This document shows, piece by piece, positions 43,621 to 56,317 of a stretch of 64,000 nt of DNA. The DNA is from Eledone cirrhosa. Taxonomy: Eukaryota. The notes under the pieces are model-generated. The model ran no database searches, had not been told where the DNA came from, and saw nothing but the letters and a program-made list of their open reading frames with translations. A program made the position numbers and the translations under genes. Each line of letters begins with the position of its first letter. Positions within the stretch are counted from its first letter, which is position 1. The stretch covers positions 16,430,001-16,494,000 of the forward strand of contig OZ024761.1 in assembly GCA_964016885.1 (NCBI GenBank). Reading direction: 5' to 3'.

Positions 43621-43970
43621 ATTCATTTCATTTTCATTCATTTCATTTTATGTCCACTTTTCCCTGCTTGCAAGGGTGGGACAGGAACTGATTCTGGCTT
43701 GATTTCTACGGCTGGATGCCCTTCCTCACACCAGCCTCATTTACAGTGAGTGCTGGGTGCTTTTTTGCCGTGGCACCTCCACGACCACTTTGCAGTGGAA
43801 TGATAGGGACTCCAGTCCCTATCATCTCATTTCTACACCTGGGTAAACTGGAACAATGTGAAATAAAGTGTCTTACTCAAGGAAACAACACATCACCCGG
43901 TCTGAGAATTGAACTCACAACCTTTCGATTGTAAGGCCAATGCTCTAACCACTAAGCCATGTGCCTCCAT
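43620..43970 (-). mobile_element. tRNA-derived SINE with an RTE-type 3' tail
   Basis: The minus strand starts GGAGGCACATGGCTTAGTGGTTAGAGCA...GAGTTCAATTC (A/B boxes). Its tail TCCACTTTTCCCTGCTTGCAAGGGTGGGAC matches the RTE LINE 3' end at ~30988-31018. Confidence 0.8.
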
Positions 43971-44124
43971 ACATATATATATAGATACACATATATATAC
44001 ATACATATACATACATATATATATAGATGATGGCTGCCCCCTCGTTATCGAGTATGGCCATTGCACGATGAGAAAAAAACAAAAAAATTAATAAATAACT
44101 AAAAAATTAAATTAAAATCAAAAA

Positions 44125-44129
44125 TATAC

Positions 44130-44168
<39 letters not shown>

Positions 44169-44321
44169 CATATATATACATATATATACATACATATATA
44201 TGCATACATATATATACATACATATACATACATATATACATACATATACATACATACATACATATACATATACATATATATATATATATACATATACACA
44301 TATATATATATACATATACAC

Positions 44322-44352
<31 letters not shown>

Positions 44353-44834
44353 TATATATACATATACACATATATATATATATACACATATATATATATA
44401 CATATACACATATATATATATATATATACATATACACATATATATATATACATATACACATATATATATATACATACATATACACATATATATATATACA
44501 TATACACATATATATATATACATATACACATATATATATATACATACATATACACATATATATATATACATACATATACACATATATATATATACATACA
44601 TATACACATATATATATATACATATATACACATATATATATATATATATACACATATATATATATATATATACACATATATATATATATATACATATACA
44701 CATATATATATATATATATACACATATATATATATATATACATATATATACATATATACATATATATACATATATACATATATATAGATACATACATACA
44801 TATACACATATACATATATATATACATACATACA

Positions 44835-44870
<36 letters not shown>

Positions 44871-45023
44871 TACATACATACATATACATACAAATACATA
44901 CATATACATACATACATACAAATACATACATATACATACATACATACAAATACATACATATACATACATACATACAAATACATACATATACATACATACA
45001 CATACATATACACATATACATAC

Positions 45024-45090
<67 letters not shown>

Positions 45091-45115
45091 CATATACATA
45101 CATATATACATAGAC

Positions 45116-45180
<65 letters not shown>

Positions 45181-45193
45181 TATATATATATAT

Positions 45194-45224
<31 letters not shown>

Positions 45225-45231
45225 CACACAC

Positions 45232-45322
<91 letters not shown>

Positions 45323-46348
45323 TATATATATATACACACACACACACACATATATATATATACACACACACACACATATATATATATACACACACACACA
45401 TATATATATATATACACACACACACATATATATATATATACACACACACACATATATATATATATATACACACACACACATATATATATATATACACACA
45501 CACACATATATATATATATACACACACACACATATATATATATATACACACACACACATATATATATATACACACACACATATATATATATATACACACA
45601 CACATATATATATATACACAAACACATATATACACACATATATATACACATATATATATATACACACATATATATATATATATATACACACATATATATA
45701 TATACACATACACACATATATATATACACATACACACACATATATATATACACATATATATATATACATACACACATATATATATACACATATATATATA
45801 TACACATATATATATATACACATATATATATATACACATATATATATATACACATATATATACACACACATATATACACACACACATATATACACACACA
45901 CATATATATACACACATATATATACACACATATATATACACACATATATATACACACATATATATACACACATATATATATACACACATATATATATACA
46001 CACATATATATATACACACATATATATATACACACATATATATACACACATATATATATACACACATATATATATACACATATATATATACACATATATA
46101 TATACACATATATATATACACACATATATATACACACATATATATATACACACATATATATATATACACATACATATATACACATACACATATATATACA
46201 CACATATACACATATATATATATACACATACACACATATATATATATACACATACACACATATATATATATACACATACACACATATATATATATACACA
46301 TACACACATATACATATATACACATATATATATATACACATACACACA
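44125..46348. repeat. ~2.2-kb (TA)n/(TACA)n/(CA)n compound microsatellite
   Basis: Direct inspection. Confidence 0.97.
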
Positions 46349-46790
46349 CAGTCCACGCTGCAATGTGACCGTGTAGGCAACACGGTAAAAACGTCCCAGT
46401 CCCACACTGTAAATGTGGTTGGTGTTAGGAAGGGCATCCAGCTGTAGAAAACCCGCCAGACAGTCCACGCTGTAATGTGGCCATGTAGGCAACACGGTAA
46501 AAACCTCCCAGCCACACACTGTAAATGTGGTTGGTGTTAGGAAGGGCATCCAGCTGTAGAAAACCTGCCAGACAGTCCACGCTGTAATGTGGCCGTGTAG
46601 GCAACACGGTAAAAACCTCCCAGCCCCACACTGTAAATGTGGTTGGTGTTAGGAAGGGCATCCAACTGTAGAAAACCCGCCAGACAGTCCTATGCGAGCA
46701 AGACAACCACTCTTGCCTCAAGTGGGAAAACTCCCGTCCAAACCCATGCAAGCATGGAACACGGACGTTAAACGATGATGATGATGATGA
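46349..46790 (+). mobile_element. SINE 3' half with three tandem 112-bp internal units and an RTE-type (GAT)n tail
   Basis: CAGTCC recurs at 46349, 46461, 46573 and 46685; ends ACGGACGTTAAACGATGATGATG. A single-unit relative lies at ~60727-60950 on the minus strand. Confidence 0.8.
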
Positions 46791-46854
46791 CACATATATA
46801 TACACATACAGACATATATATGTACGTCAGGTATGTATGTACATATGTATGTAT

Positions 46855-47106
46855 GTCAGGTCACCAGTTGGTGCTACTGGTAACATGTATCCCAGTACAA
46901 TCTGTCCCATGGTAGGGTCGTTGGCGACTAAACTGGCAACCCCACCAAGGTTTCTTGGTGAGGAGGATGACTTTGGACATCCTGCAGGACTAAAAACAAA
47001 ACCTGTCAAAGGGCAAATGAGCTCTTCAGAGTCAATGGCCATCCAAAATCACCGGGAGAGATGACCCCTTAGTCTTTGTCAAGGCAGAATTCTAGGAGAA
47101 GGAAAC
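46855..47106 (+). mobile_element. Bipartite RTE-derived element (copy G, 5' part, opposite orientation)
   Basis: Reverse complement of ~36657-36908; preceded by (TATG)n. Confidence 0.7.
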
Positions 47107-47194
47107 ATACGGCTTTGTTTGACTCAACAAGAGGTTTCCTTAGTTAGGTGGCGAGTTCACGGGAATTCCTATGCAAGATAATCTTGGAGTAATA

Positions 47195-47554
47195 ATAGTG
47201 AAGGAGTGAAGAATAACATGGTGAACAGTACAAAAAGGGTTTTATTTACCGTATTAACAATTGTTTCATTAATTAGGATGTCTAAAGGTTGCTAATCACT
47301 CAAAGTTGTGTCACTCAACCTTCAATACAGGGTATGCCTAATCAAATCATCGGAATAACTGACAAAATTACTCGAGTGTAATTTTGTCAGTTATTCCGAT
47401 GATTTGATTAGGCATACCCTGTATTGAAGGTTGAGTGACACAACTTTGAGTGATTAGCAACCTTTAGACATCCTAATTAATGAAACAATTGTTAATACGG
47501 TAAATAAAACCCTTTTTGTACTGTTCACCATGTTATTCTTCACTCCTTCACTAT
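47195..47554. repeat. Perfect palindrome with 177-bp arms and a 6-nt loop (probably Penelope-derived)
   Basis: 47195-47371 is the reverse complement of 47378-47554; loop TCGAGT. Contains GAAACAATTGT..AATAAA like the Penelope-type remnant near 56790. Confidence 0.93.
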
Positions 47555-47782
47555 ATATATATATATATATACACATATATATACACACACACACACACAT
47601 AACTACATATATACATATGTCCAATAAGCAAAAAGCTGATAAATTTTTAAACTTTTATTATTTTTCATGTCTTTTTTTACAGAAAGAAAAGAAAAAAAGA
47701 AGATAGAAGCTTTATTATGTAAAATGTTTGAAGCAAGCAACAATGTTTTGCACATTTCAGTTGTCTGGTAATTTTTCTCTCA

Positions 47783-47828
<46 letters not shown>

Positions 47829-47841
47829 CATATTTCCAAGA

Positions 47842-48381
47842 TGCAACAAGCTAAGTAACCCAAGATTAATCCTAGCCAAACCCCACCCCAGGAGCAGGTC
47901 GAGTCAGAGACAAGCCAGGTACCCATGATTAATCCTAGCCTAACCCCCCCATCCAAGGATTACGTAGGGTTAGGAACGAGAGAAACTAAAGTATCCGAGT
48001 GGCCTGACCCCAGGAGCAGGTAAAATCAGTGATGGCAATGCCAGATATCCCATAGGTAGCCCTGCCCCTATCAGCAAGTAGAGTTGCCAGGGACCCCCAC
48101 CCCTGTATAAATGGCTCCCAGCATGTGTCAGAGGTAAGAGGGCCAGATATTGCCAGAGTTGTCTCTGTCCCCAACATTCTCAAGAGAAGCTAGGGTTAGA
48201 GATAGAAAATCCGGCAACACAAACAGAGGCACCCCACTCTCGACACAAGAGCAGCTAGGGTCAGAGATAACAAAACCAGCCCCCTAACAGTGGTTTCCCC
48301 CCTCCCTCCCCATAAAAGGGGTGCTAGTATCAACAGATGACAAAAGCCAATTTTTCCCAGAAATGGTCCCTCCCAAGAACA
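47842..48381 (+). mobile_element. Possible solo LTR
   Basis: GC-richer ~540-bp block with TG...CA ends, internal direct repeats (GATTAATCCTAGCC, CCCCAGGAGCAGGT) and TATAAAT. No clear TSD. A related CACCCCAGG(A/G)GC motif occurs at 63905-64000. Confidence 0.35.
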
Positions 48382-48430
48382 GCTAGAATTTAATATAGTG
48401 TAAAATATACACCTTTAAATATGGAAATGC

Positions 48431-48473
<43 letters not shown>

Positions 48474-48501
48474 GTACAGATATACATATATATACATACA
48501 T

Positions 48502-48560
<59 letters not shown>

Positions 48561-48739
48561 GATATACATATATACATATATATGCATACACATATATATA
48601 CACATACACGTACACATACAGATATACATACACACATATATATATATACATATATACACACATACAGATATACATATATATATATACATACAGATATACA
48701 CATATATATACATACATACACATATACATATATATTTAT

Positions 48740-48778
<39 letters not shown>

Positions 48779-49167
48779 CATACCTATATATATACGTGCA
48801 TAAATACATGCATACATTCATACATAGGTATGTACGTATGTACGTATGTACTTACATACGCACGTACTTATGTATGTCTGTTAAAGATAAACTATCGGAG
48901 CATTGAGTAGGTTAAAATTGTTTTTAAATTGTTAGAAAATGTAGAAATCTCAGTCGCAGATAACTGTAAACACAGTCAATTGTTATAAATAACAGCTTAG
49001 AACAGTCAGGTAAAATACCTCTATAGACAGAAAATAACTGTAACCACAGTCAACAGCTTAAAAAATAAGGTAAAATACCCTTGTCACTCTAATATAGTCT
49101 TGATAATAAGCTAACATGCCAAACCTTTTTTTTTTGCCAAGTTGAAGGTTTGGGCCTCTACACCATT

Positions 49168-49383
49168 TTAACCCTTTAGCATTTAGACTGGTTATATCCG
49201 ACCAGAATTCTCTCACCTCTTTCTGTTCAAACCAGCTGTAACTGGCCGCTCATACCAATGTTAAGGTATTGTTCTCAAAATAAATAACACCAAAATCTTG
49301 TAGCTTTGATATTATGTGAGATAAAGCCTTTACCGTGAAAGTATAACAGTAAATATCAAGTAATGTAAATGCTAAAGGGTTAG
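49168..49383. mobile_element. piggyBac-type MITE
   Basis: TTAA-CCCTTTAGCATTT ... AAATGCTAAAGGG-TTAG terminal inverted repeats. Confidence 0.8.
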
Positions 49384-49439
49384 ACATTACCTGTCATATA
49401 CATCTTGTCACAGCTGACTAGTTCCCTAAAGCAGTCGGG

Positions 49440-49805
49440 ACGTGAGGACAGCTTGGAGGCTCTGTACGCAATATAGTTTGATGTCAAGCTCGGCAAAAAA
49501 AACCCCGCAGAAACCTATGAAATAGTCAAAACTACTCACAGACTAACTTCCCATGAGCCGGGCGCCTATTTTCGGATGGCACAAGAGGTTCCAGGAGGGC
49601 AGGGAGCAGGTGAGGGACGACAAGAGGTGTGGCAGGGAAAAGGACATCAGGATGCCGACGTTGGTTGGCAAAATTCTGGACAAGGACCTTCATGCATCTC
49701 TTCTGATGATTGCTAAACAATTTGAAGTGGGTGAGGGCACTGTGCAGTCATTCATGAGAATCAGAACATGCGCAAAGTTTGTGCAAGGTGTGTCTCCAGT
49801 GTGTC
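49440..49805 (+). mobile_element. Mariner transposase N-terminal (HTH) pseudogene fragment
   Basis: KLGK..AETYEIVK / MSRAPIFGWHKRFQEGREQVRDDKRCGR...CAKFV resembles the Mos1-type N-terminus; frameshifted. Confidence 0.8.
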
Positions 49806-49806
49806 A

Positions 49807-49841
<35 letters not shown>

Positions 49842-49938
49842 CTCTACACCTCATCACAGAAGTGAACCTAAACATCGAGTGCTCTCCCAGGTGAACCTGC
49901 AGTAACTCCAAGTTACACCCCCGGGATATATATATATG

Positions 49939-49972
<34 letters not shown>

Positions 49973-49978
49973 TATACT

Positions 49979-50056
49979 CAGGGTGTCCAAAAGAATGTAT
50001 ACATACTTCAACAGCATTCTAATCAAATGTGTATATATTTTTGGAGACACCCTGTA
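49979..50056. mobile_element. Miniature Tc1-like MITE (~80 bp)
   Basis: CAGGGTGTCCAAAA ... TTTTGGAGACACCCTG-TA inverted ends. Confidence 0.55.
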
Positions 50057-50651
50057 TATATATATATATATAGAGACATACACACAAGTATATATAACAC
50101 ACAAGTATTTTTTACAGTATATATATAAGTATATATAACAATATACATGTATCTATGTGCATGTGTATATATATAAATGTGTGTGTGTGTGTGTCTATAT
50201 AAACAACATATTGCAGAGAGAGAGAAAAAAGCTGGATTTGAGTAGATGATGTCAACCAACATTGATGCCCCTCCCTATGATTAATAACAATACACATACA
50301 CACTCTCTCTCTCTCACACTCTTTCACTCTCTCTCATGCTCTCACTGTGTCTCTCATGCTCTCATTGTCACACAAGACCCTGGTAGCCTTACATCACCCT
50401 GCCAGTTTCTATAGATTAAAGGAAAGAGGCATTTATATATACACGCGCGCACACACACACATATATGTGTGTATGCATATATGTAAGTGTGTGTGTGTGT
50501 GTGTGAAATGAATCTGAAACTGTATGACAAAAGATCAAGGTATTTCTGAAGAGATTTTAGAATTTCTTTTACATCTTGAATTAGATTTGTGGCAGAATCT
50601 ATATGAAGATGTCCTACCTTCCATAACATGACCTTCCTCACACACACACAC

Positions 50652-50695
<44 letters not shown>

Positions 50696-50894
50696 CTAGT
50701 ACAGATTAAAGTTTAAGCAAAGAATCGCTGCTTTCACCCTATTATGGGATCTTCTGAAACTCAGTTTAATCTGTACTAATAATAAATATTTCCACTACAG
50801 GTATATATATATAGTTGTAGTAAGGTTGCTTGGATGCATCCATAGGCGGTATGCCGGTTGAGCACTCTATGCTACTTCAGAGCAGAATATATTA

Positions 50895-50932
<38 letters not shown>

Positions 50933-51493
50933 CACACACATACACACTATAAATGTATGCACATACGTACACACATATATGTGTATATATAATCACACAC
51001 ATACTGATGAAATTTCAACGAAGCTAGATCCACACTCCACACTGAAGCTCAACAATAGAGAAAAAAAATCCCCAGCCCACACTAATAATGCTTAACTGTA
51101 AAACAATCCTGCCCACGCCCTCCATCACCTCAGAATAGCCAGAAAATACCCCCCAATGGCCCAAAACCTTCACAAAAGTAATAATTCAAGACAATCTGTT
51201 ACCTCTACGTCTTCTCTCAATGGTGAGTTTGGTGAGTTTAACACATTTCATTACAGCTGATCCCAGTTCTATCTACTCAACGTCCAGCAATATATATACA
51301 TACATACATACATACATACATACATACACACACATATACATACATTAGAAGAGGTACTAACATGCCCTAGTTCATCATAAGGATGTATACGAAAGCAAAT
51401 ACAATATGTTTATGTATAAATTATACATAAACATATTGTATGTTTTCACATACACCCCTGTGGTGATATATATATATATATATCACCACACAC

Positions 51494-51539
<46 letters not shown>

Positions 51540-51632
51540 GTATGTATATCATAACATTCTAGAAAGAGGGATGGAAGGGGGAGAATTTAATCTTATTGTT
51601 TTGTTTATTTATTCCACTGCAACTCCAAACTC

Positions 51633-51664
<32 letters not shown>

Positions 51665-52098
51665 TAATAATAATAATAATAATAATAATAAACAAATAAC
51701 AGTTGCAAAAAAAGAGAAAAAATTTAAAAAAAAAAAAAAAAAAGGTAATAAAAAATAGAAAATAAAGTTTGGATGGTGAGAAAAATTGCAATTGATTTCT
51801 TTTTCATTTATTGTATAAGTAATTGTCCTTTCGTGGTTGTATATATATAGGTGTGTGTGTGTATATATATATATATGTGTGTGTGTGTGTATATATGTAT
51901 ATATGTGTGTATATATATATATATACACACACACACGTGTGTAATTGTGTGTTGGTTGCTTTTTATATAATATTCCATGGATTTTTGTATTTTTCATCCG
52001 TTGTTTTTGTAGTAGTAGTAATAATAGTAGTAGTTGTTGTTGTAGTAGTAGTTGTAGTAGTAGTTGATGTTGTTGTTGTAGTATATAAAGTAAAGTGT

Positions 52099-52188
52099 TC
52101 AGAAAATAATACACTTCTTTTTCTTGGGTGGCTCCGGGGGTTCCAAGGCAGCTAGGATGGCTTCATCAAATACATTCTTCAACCCTTT
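52099..52188 (-). CDS. CDC42: Cdc42 Rho-family GTPase, last coding exon ([29 protein letters not shown]), ending in a CAAX box
   Basis: CTATTCCAG acceptor at 52189-52190; 90 nt to the TGA; matches the Cdc42 C-terminus with a polybasic region and CAAX. Confidence 0.96.
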   Translation of the reverse strand, partial: KGLKNVFDEAILAALEPPEPPKKKKCIIF

Positions 52189-52199
52189 CTGGAATAGAT

Positions 52200-53134
52200 A
52201 GACACAGAGTGAGTGAGGGAGGGAGTGATAGAGACAGGGAGGGACTGATAGAGACAGAGTGAGTGAGTGAGGGAGTGATAGAGACAGGGAGGGACTGATA
52301 GAGACAGAGTGAGTGAGTGAGGGAGTGATAGAGACAGGGAGGGACTGATAGAGACAGAGAGGGAGTGAAGGAGAGAGTGACAGAGGGGGTGAGAGAGAGA
52401 GAGAGTGAGATAGAGACAGAGTGAGGGAGTGAAGGAGAGAGTGACAGAGAGGGAGTGAAGGAGAGAGAGTGAAGGAGAGAGAGTGAAGGAGAGAGAGTGA
52501 AGGAGAGAGAGTGAAGGAGAGAGAGTGAAGGAGAGAGAGTGAGATAGAGACAGAGTGAGATAGAGACAGAGTGAGATAGAGACAGAGTGAGATAGAGACA
52601 GAGTGAGATAGAGACAGAGTGAGATAGAGACAGAGTGAGATAGAGACAGAGTGAGATAGAGACAGAGTGAGATAGAGACAGAGTGAGATAGAGACAGAGT
52701 GAGATAGAGACAGAGTGAGATAGAGACAGAGTGAGATAGAGAGAGTGAGATAGAGAGAGTGAGATAGAGAGAGTGAGATAGAGAGAGTGAGATAGAGAGA
52801 GTGAGATAGAGAGAGTGAGATAGAGACAGAGTGAGGGAGTGAAGGAGAGAGTGACAGCAAGGGAATGAGAGAGAGTGAGGCAGACAGAATGAGAGGGGGA
52901 GTGAAGGAGAGAGTGACAGAGAGAGTGAAGGAGAAAGTGACAGAGGGAGTGAAGGAGAGAGTGACAGAGAGAGTGTGAGTGAAGCAGAGAGTGAGAGAGA
53001 GGGAGTGAAGGAGAGAGGGAGTGAAGGGAGAGGGAGTGAAGGAGAGAGGGAGTGAAGGAGAGAGGGAGTGAAGGAGAGAGGGAGTGAAGGAGAGAGGGAG
53101 TGAAGGAGAGAGAGAGTGAGAGAGTGAGAGGGAG
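52200..53134. repeat. GA-rich compound micro/minisatellite (GAGTGAGATAGAGACA, GAGTGAAGGAGAGA units) in the last Cdc42 intron
   Basis: Direct inspection. Confidence 0.92.
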
Positions 53135-53269
53135 CTATAGTAAAACAATCAACTCTTTCTGGAATAGAGACAGAGAGAGAGAATGATATAAAGGCTGGGG
53201 GGAGAGGGACCCCAGCCTTGTTTTACCACCACCACCACCACCACTGCTGCTATTACTACTAATAATGGC

Positions 53270-53875
53270 TTCTTACATAGGCACAAGGCCAGCAATTTGG
53301 GAGGAGGGGAAAGTCGATTAATTCGACCCCAGTGCGTGACTGGTACTTTATTTTATCGACCCCGTAAGGAATAAAGGCAAAGTTAACCTTGGCGGGATTT
53401 GAACTCAGATCATAAAGGGCCATAACTCTATACTGCAAAGCATGGCGTCCGACGCTCTACCGGTACTGCCAATCCCCCGCCCTGCTATTACTACTAATAA
53501 TAATAACAATTGTTTTTATTTTTGGCACAAGGCCATCAATTATCCCAGTGCATTACTGGTACTTTATTTTATCGACCCCCGTAAGGATGAAAGGCAAAGT
53601 TAACCTCAGCAGGATTTGAATTAAGATCGTAAAGGGGCGTAACTCTATGCTGCAAAGCATGGCATCCGATACTGATACTGCCAGACACAAGGCCAGCAAT
53701 TTGAAGGGGACGGGAAAGTCGATTAAATCGACCCCCAATGCATTACTGATACTTTATTATATCGACCCCGGAAGGATGAGAGGCAAAGCTAAACTCAGAA
53801 CGTAAAAGGCCATAACTCTATGCTGCAAAACATGGTGTCCGACGCTCCACCGAAACTGCCAATCCACCACCCTAC
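53270..53875 (-). mobile_element. Cluster of three tRNA-derived SINE copies
   Basis: Repeated GGCACAAGGCCAGCAATTT...TACTTTATTTTATCGACCCC..AAGGATGAAAGGCAAAGTTAACC...GGATTTGAACTC (B-box on the minus strand). Confidence 0.8.
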
Positions 53876-54013
53876 TACTACTAATAATTCTGACATGTCA
53901 TTCTAAACAGATTATGTAAATCTTCTTAAAACAACAACAACATGTAATAAAAACACCAGCTCAAACAGCTGCATGGAGTAAACAGTTTGTACTGTAAACC
54001 CCACCTCCATTAT

Positions 54014-54270
54014 GTGGTGGTGGTGGTAGCAGTAGTAGTGGTGGTGGTGATGGTGATGGTAGTAGCACTGGTGGTGGTAGCAGCAGTAGTAGTAGTAGTA
54101 GTGGTGGTGGTGATGGTAGTAGCACTGGTGATGGTAGTAGCACTGGTGGTGGTAGCAGCAGCAGTAGTAGTAGTAGTGGTGGTGGTGATGGTAGTAGCAC
54201 TGGTGATGGTAGTAGCACTGGTGGTGGTAGCAGCAGCAGTAGTAGTAGTAGTGGTGGTGATGGTGGTAAT
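54014..54270. repeat. (GTG/GTA/GCA)n trinucleotide tract with higher-order duplication
   Basis: Direct inspection; intronic. Confidence 0.9.
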
Positions 54271-54500
54271 GCTTGGCTGTGCTCCTCAAGACATCTGACT
54301 CTCATTACAACAGGCCTAAGAAATATCTCACCTGTATTATTCCTCCACCCCTCTTCAATGATCACATTAAATGTCTTGCGTGTATCATGCCCCCCCCCAC
54401 CTCCTCCCCTGCCCAATACATACACTAAATATTGTCTTACCTGTGTCAGTACCACCACCCTCTTTCCTACTCAATACGTACACTAAATATTATATTTTAC

Positions 54501-54698
54501 CTGTGTCAGTGCTGAACACTCCACATATTTCACAGCACGTAACTCCTTGGCCAATTTCTCTCCTTGTTCATATGAGATTGGCTTCTGTTTGTTCTTTGCC
54601 AATCTTTCTATTGTACCGGCATCGTCTCTCAAATCAATCTGTGTTCCTACCAGCAGGAACGGGGTTTTTTGGCAATGATGTGTAATCTCTGGAACCCA
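54501..54698 (-). CDS. CDC42: Cdc42 internal exon ([26 protein letters not shown]...YVECSALTQ), 198 nt
   Basis: TTGTGCAG acceptor and CAG|GTAAAA donor; Cdc42-characteristic TQIDLR and ECSALTQ; phase 0 at both ends. Confidence 0.97.
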
Positions 54699-55139
54699 CT
54701 GCACAAACAAAAACACATTACATGTTTAAATAATATTTTTTTTAAATTAATAATACTAATATATATATATATATATATATATCTGTAAATATGCTCTGTC
54801 TGAGCAAGGTACAGCATGGCCAATTCTGGCCACACTTGTCTCCCGACATGAACGACCCGTCTAACCCATGCAAGTATGGAAACATGGAAGCTAAACGGTG
54901 GTGGTGATTATATATCTGTATCTGTCTATATATAAAGACGAAGTTTTCTGTATGTGTGTGTGCACAATTTTTAATGAGGGCTCATATATTCTAAACCATT
55001 CATGCGATTTCTTTGAAATTTTTTACAGAGCTTCTCCTTGCACAAAACCTGTACATGATCTACAAAGGCTTTCAAAAATCGATATTGGGGCCTTTGGAGA
55101 CATAAAAAAGTTTCGGTTATTTGTGTCAATTTTCGTGAT

Positions 55140-55246
55140 TAAGACAAGAGTTATCTTTAAGTAAGACAAGAGTTATCTTTAAGTAAGACAAGAGTTATCT
55201 TTAAGTAAGACAAGAGTTATCTTTAAGTAAGACAAGAGTTATCTTT
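55140..55246. repeat. 22-bp minisatellite, ~5 copies (TAAGACAAGAGTTATCTTTAAG), in a DNA-transposon-like relic
   Basis: Direct inspection. AGAGTTATCTTTC is also present in the 3286-3643 palindrome. Confidence 0.85.
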
Positions 55247-55890
55247 CGTAATTCGGCTCATTCGGATTTTAATTTACTCTTTGTACTTGAAACAAAAGGT
55301 ACGCTTCCTTGAGACTAACAATATCATTTTGTATATTTCACAACCAGCAATTTCTAACAGATTACTAAGTTAAGTTATAGATTTGACATTGTATAATTTA
55401 TCGTTTCAAGCTTGATGTTCATACATTAAGTGATGTCATAACTTTTACAAGATTATGCTTTCTACATAATAGTGTCTATTATTCACTTCACTTCTCTATT
55501 TCATGATGCGCTTTTACTGCTGTCAAAAAAATTTATACCTAGACTGGATTTCTGTTGATACATGGTATAATGGATGACACCGAGCTCACATATTAATTAT
55601 TTCGCTGGAATAGTGCTGCCTAAGGTTTTCATGTTTACATAAAGTACATTTTTCTTCTATGTATTCAAATTTACTTTGTTTAGTTTAATGAGCTGCATCG
55701 AAAGCTACTTGAACCGTCCAAAGGACAGGTAGTTTAGCTAGTATATATATATATGAAAATATTCAGGAACCCGACAGCTGAGCTCCTGCCGTTTCGACAG
55801 CTAGATCCGAACTCATATTACCCACTCTACTACCCCAAGTTTCAAGTACTTTGGTGGTTTATGGTCCACCTGGTTTTTTACCACACCCTA

Positions 55891-55943
<53 letters not shown>

Positions 55944-56192
55944 GTTTAGGGAGTGTAACCAAGTTACTGTTGGTTCACCGAAGTGAGTACTCGATGCTTA
56001 GTCTCTAGTATGTACTTTGGAGTTGTACTAAGTAGAGTGTAATATTAATAAGTATGGTCGAGGTGTCAAATTCTCATTAACTTTATTCAAGTACAACGTG
56101 CATTTCGTGATTGATCAGCTCAAGGTTTGATCTATCAACCAGGCCCAATTCTGGAATCAAAAGCTCATCAGACTCCAATTAGCTGAATGACA

Positions 56193-56227
<35 letters not shown>

Positions 56228-56235
<8 letters not shown>

Positions 56236-56317
56236 TAACAGATTAAAGTTTAAGCAAAGAATCGTTAAGGGTGAAAGCAGCGATTCTTTGCTTAAACTTT
56301 AATCTGTTATTTTAATA
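56228..56317. repeat. 37-bp-arm inverted repeat, related to 50700-50790 (Penelope-like remnant)
   Basis: TATTAAAATAACAGATTAAAGTTTAAGCAAAGAATCG and its reverse complement. Confidence 0.8.

Noticed and set aside
46855-46945. HDV-like ribozyme at the 5' end of the bipartite RTE element
   Set aside because: Some pieces fit (CCAGT/ACTGG pairing, a hairpin followed by CTAA), but I could not build a consistent P1/P3/L3/P1.1 nested pseudoknot. A descriptor search on the family consensus would settle it.
51633-52085. Poly-Ile/Leu/Val ORFs
   Set aside because: (AAT)n and (GTA/GTT)n microsatellites in the probable Cdc42 3'UTR.
52099-53148. 349-aa ORF ending in the Cdc42 C-terminus
   Set aside because: Only the last 29 codons are exon; the rest is read-through of an intronic GA repeat upstream of a canonical acceptor.
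53912-54458. His/Tyr/Cys-, Leu/Pro- and Val-rich ORFs
   Set aside because: Intronic trinucleotide repeat open in several frames on both strands.
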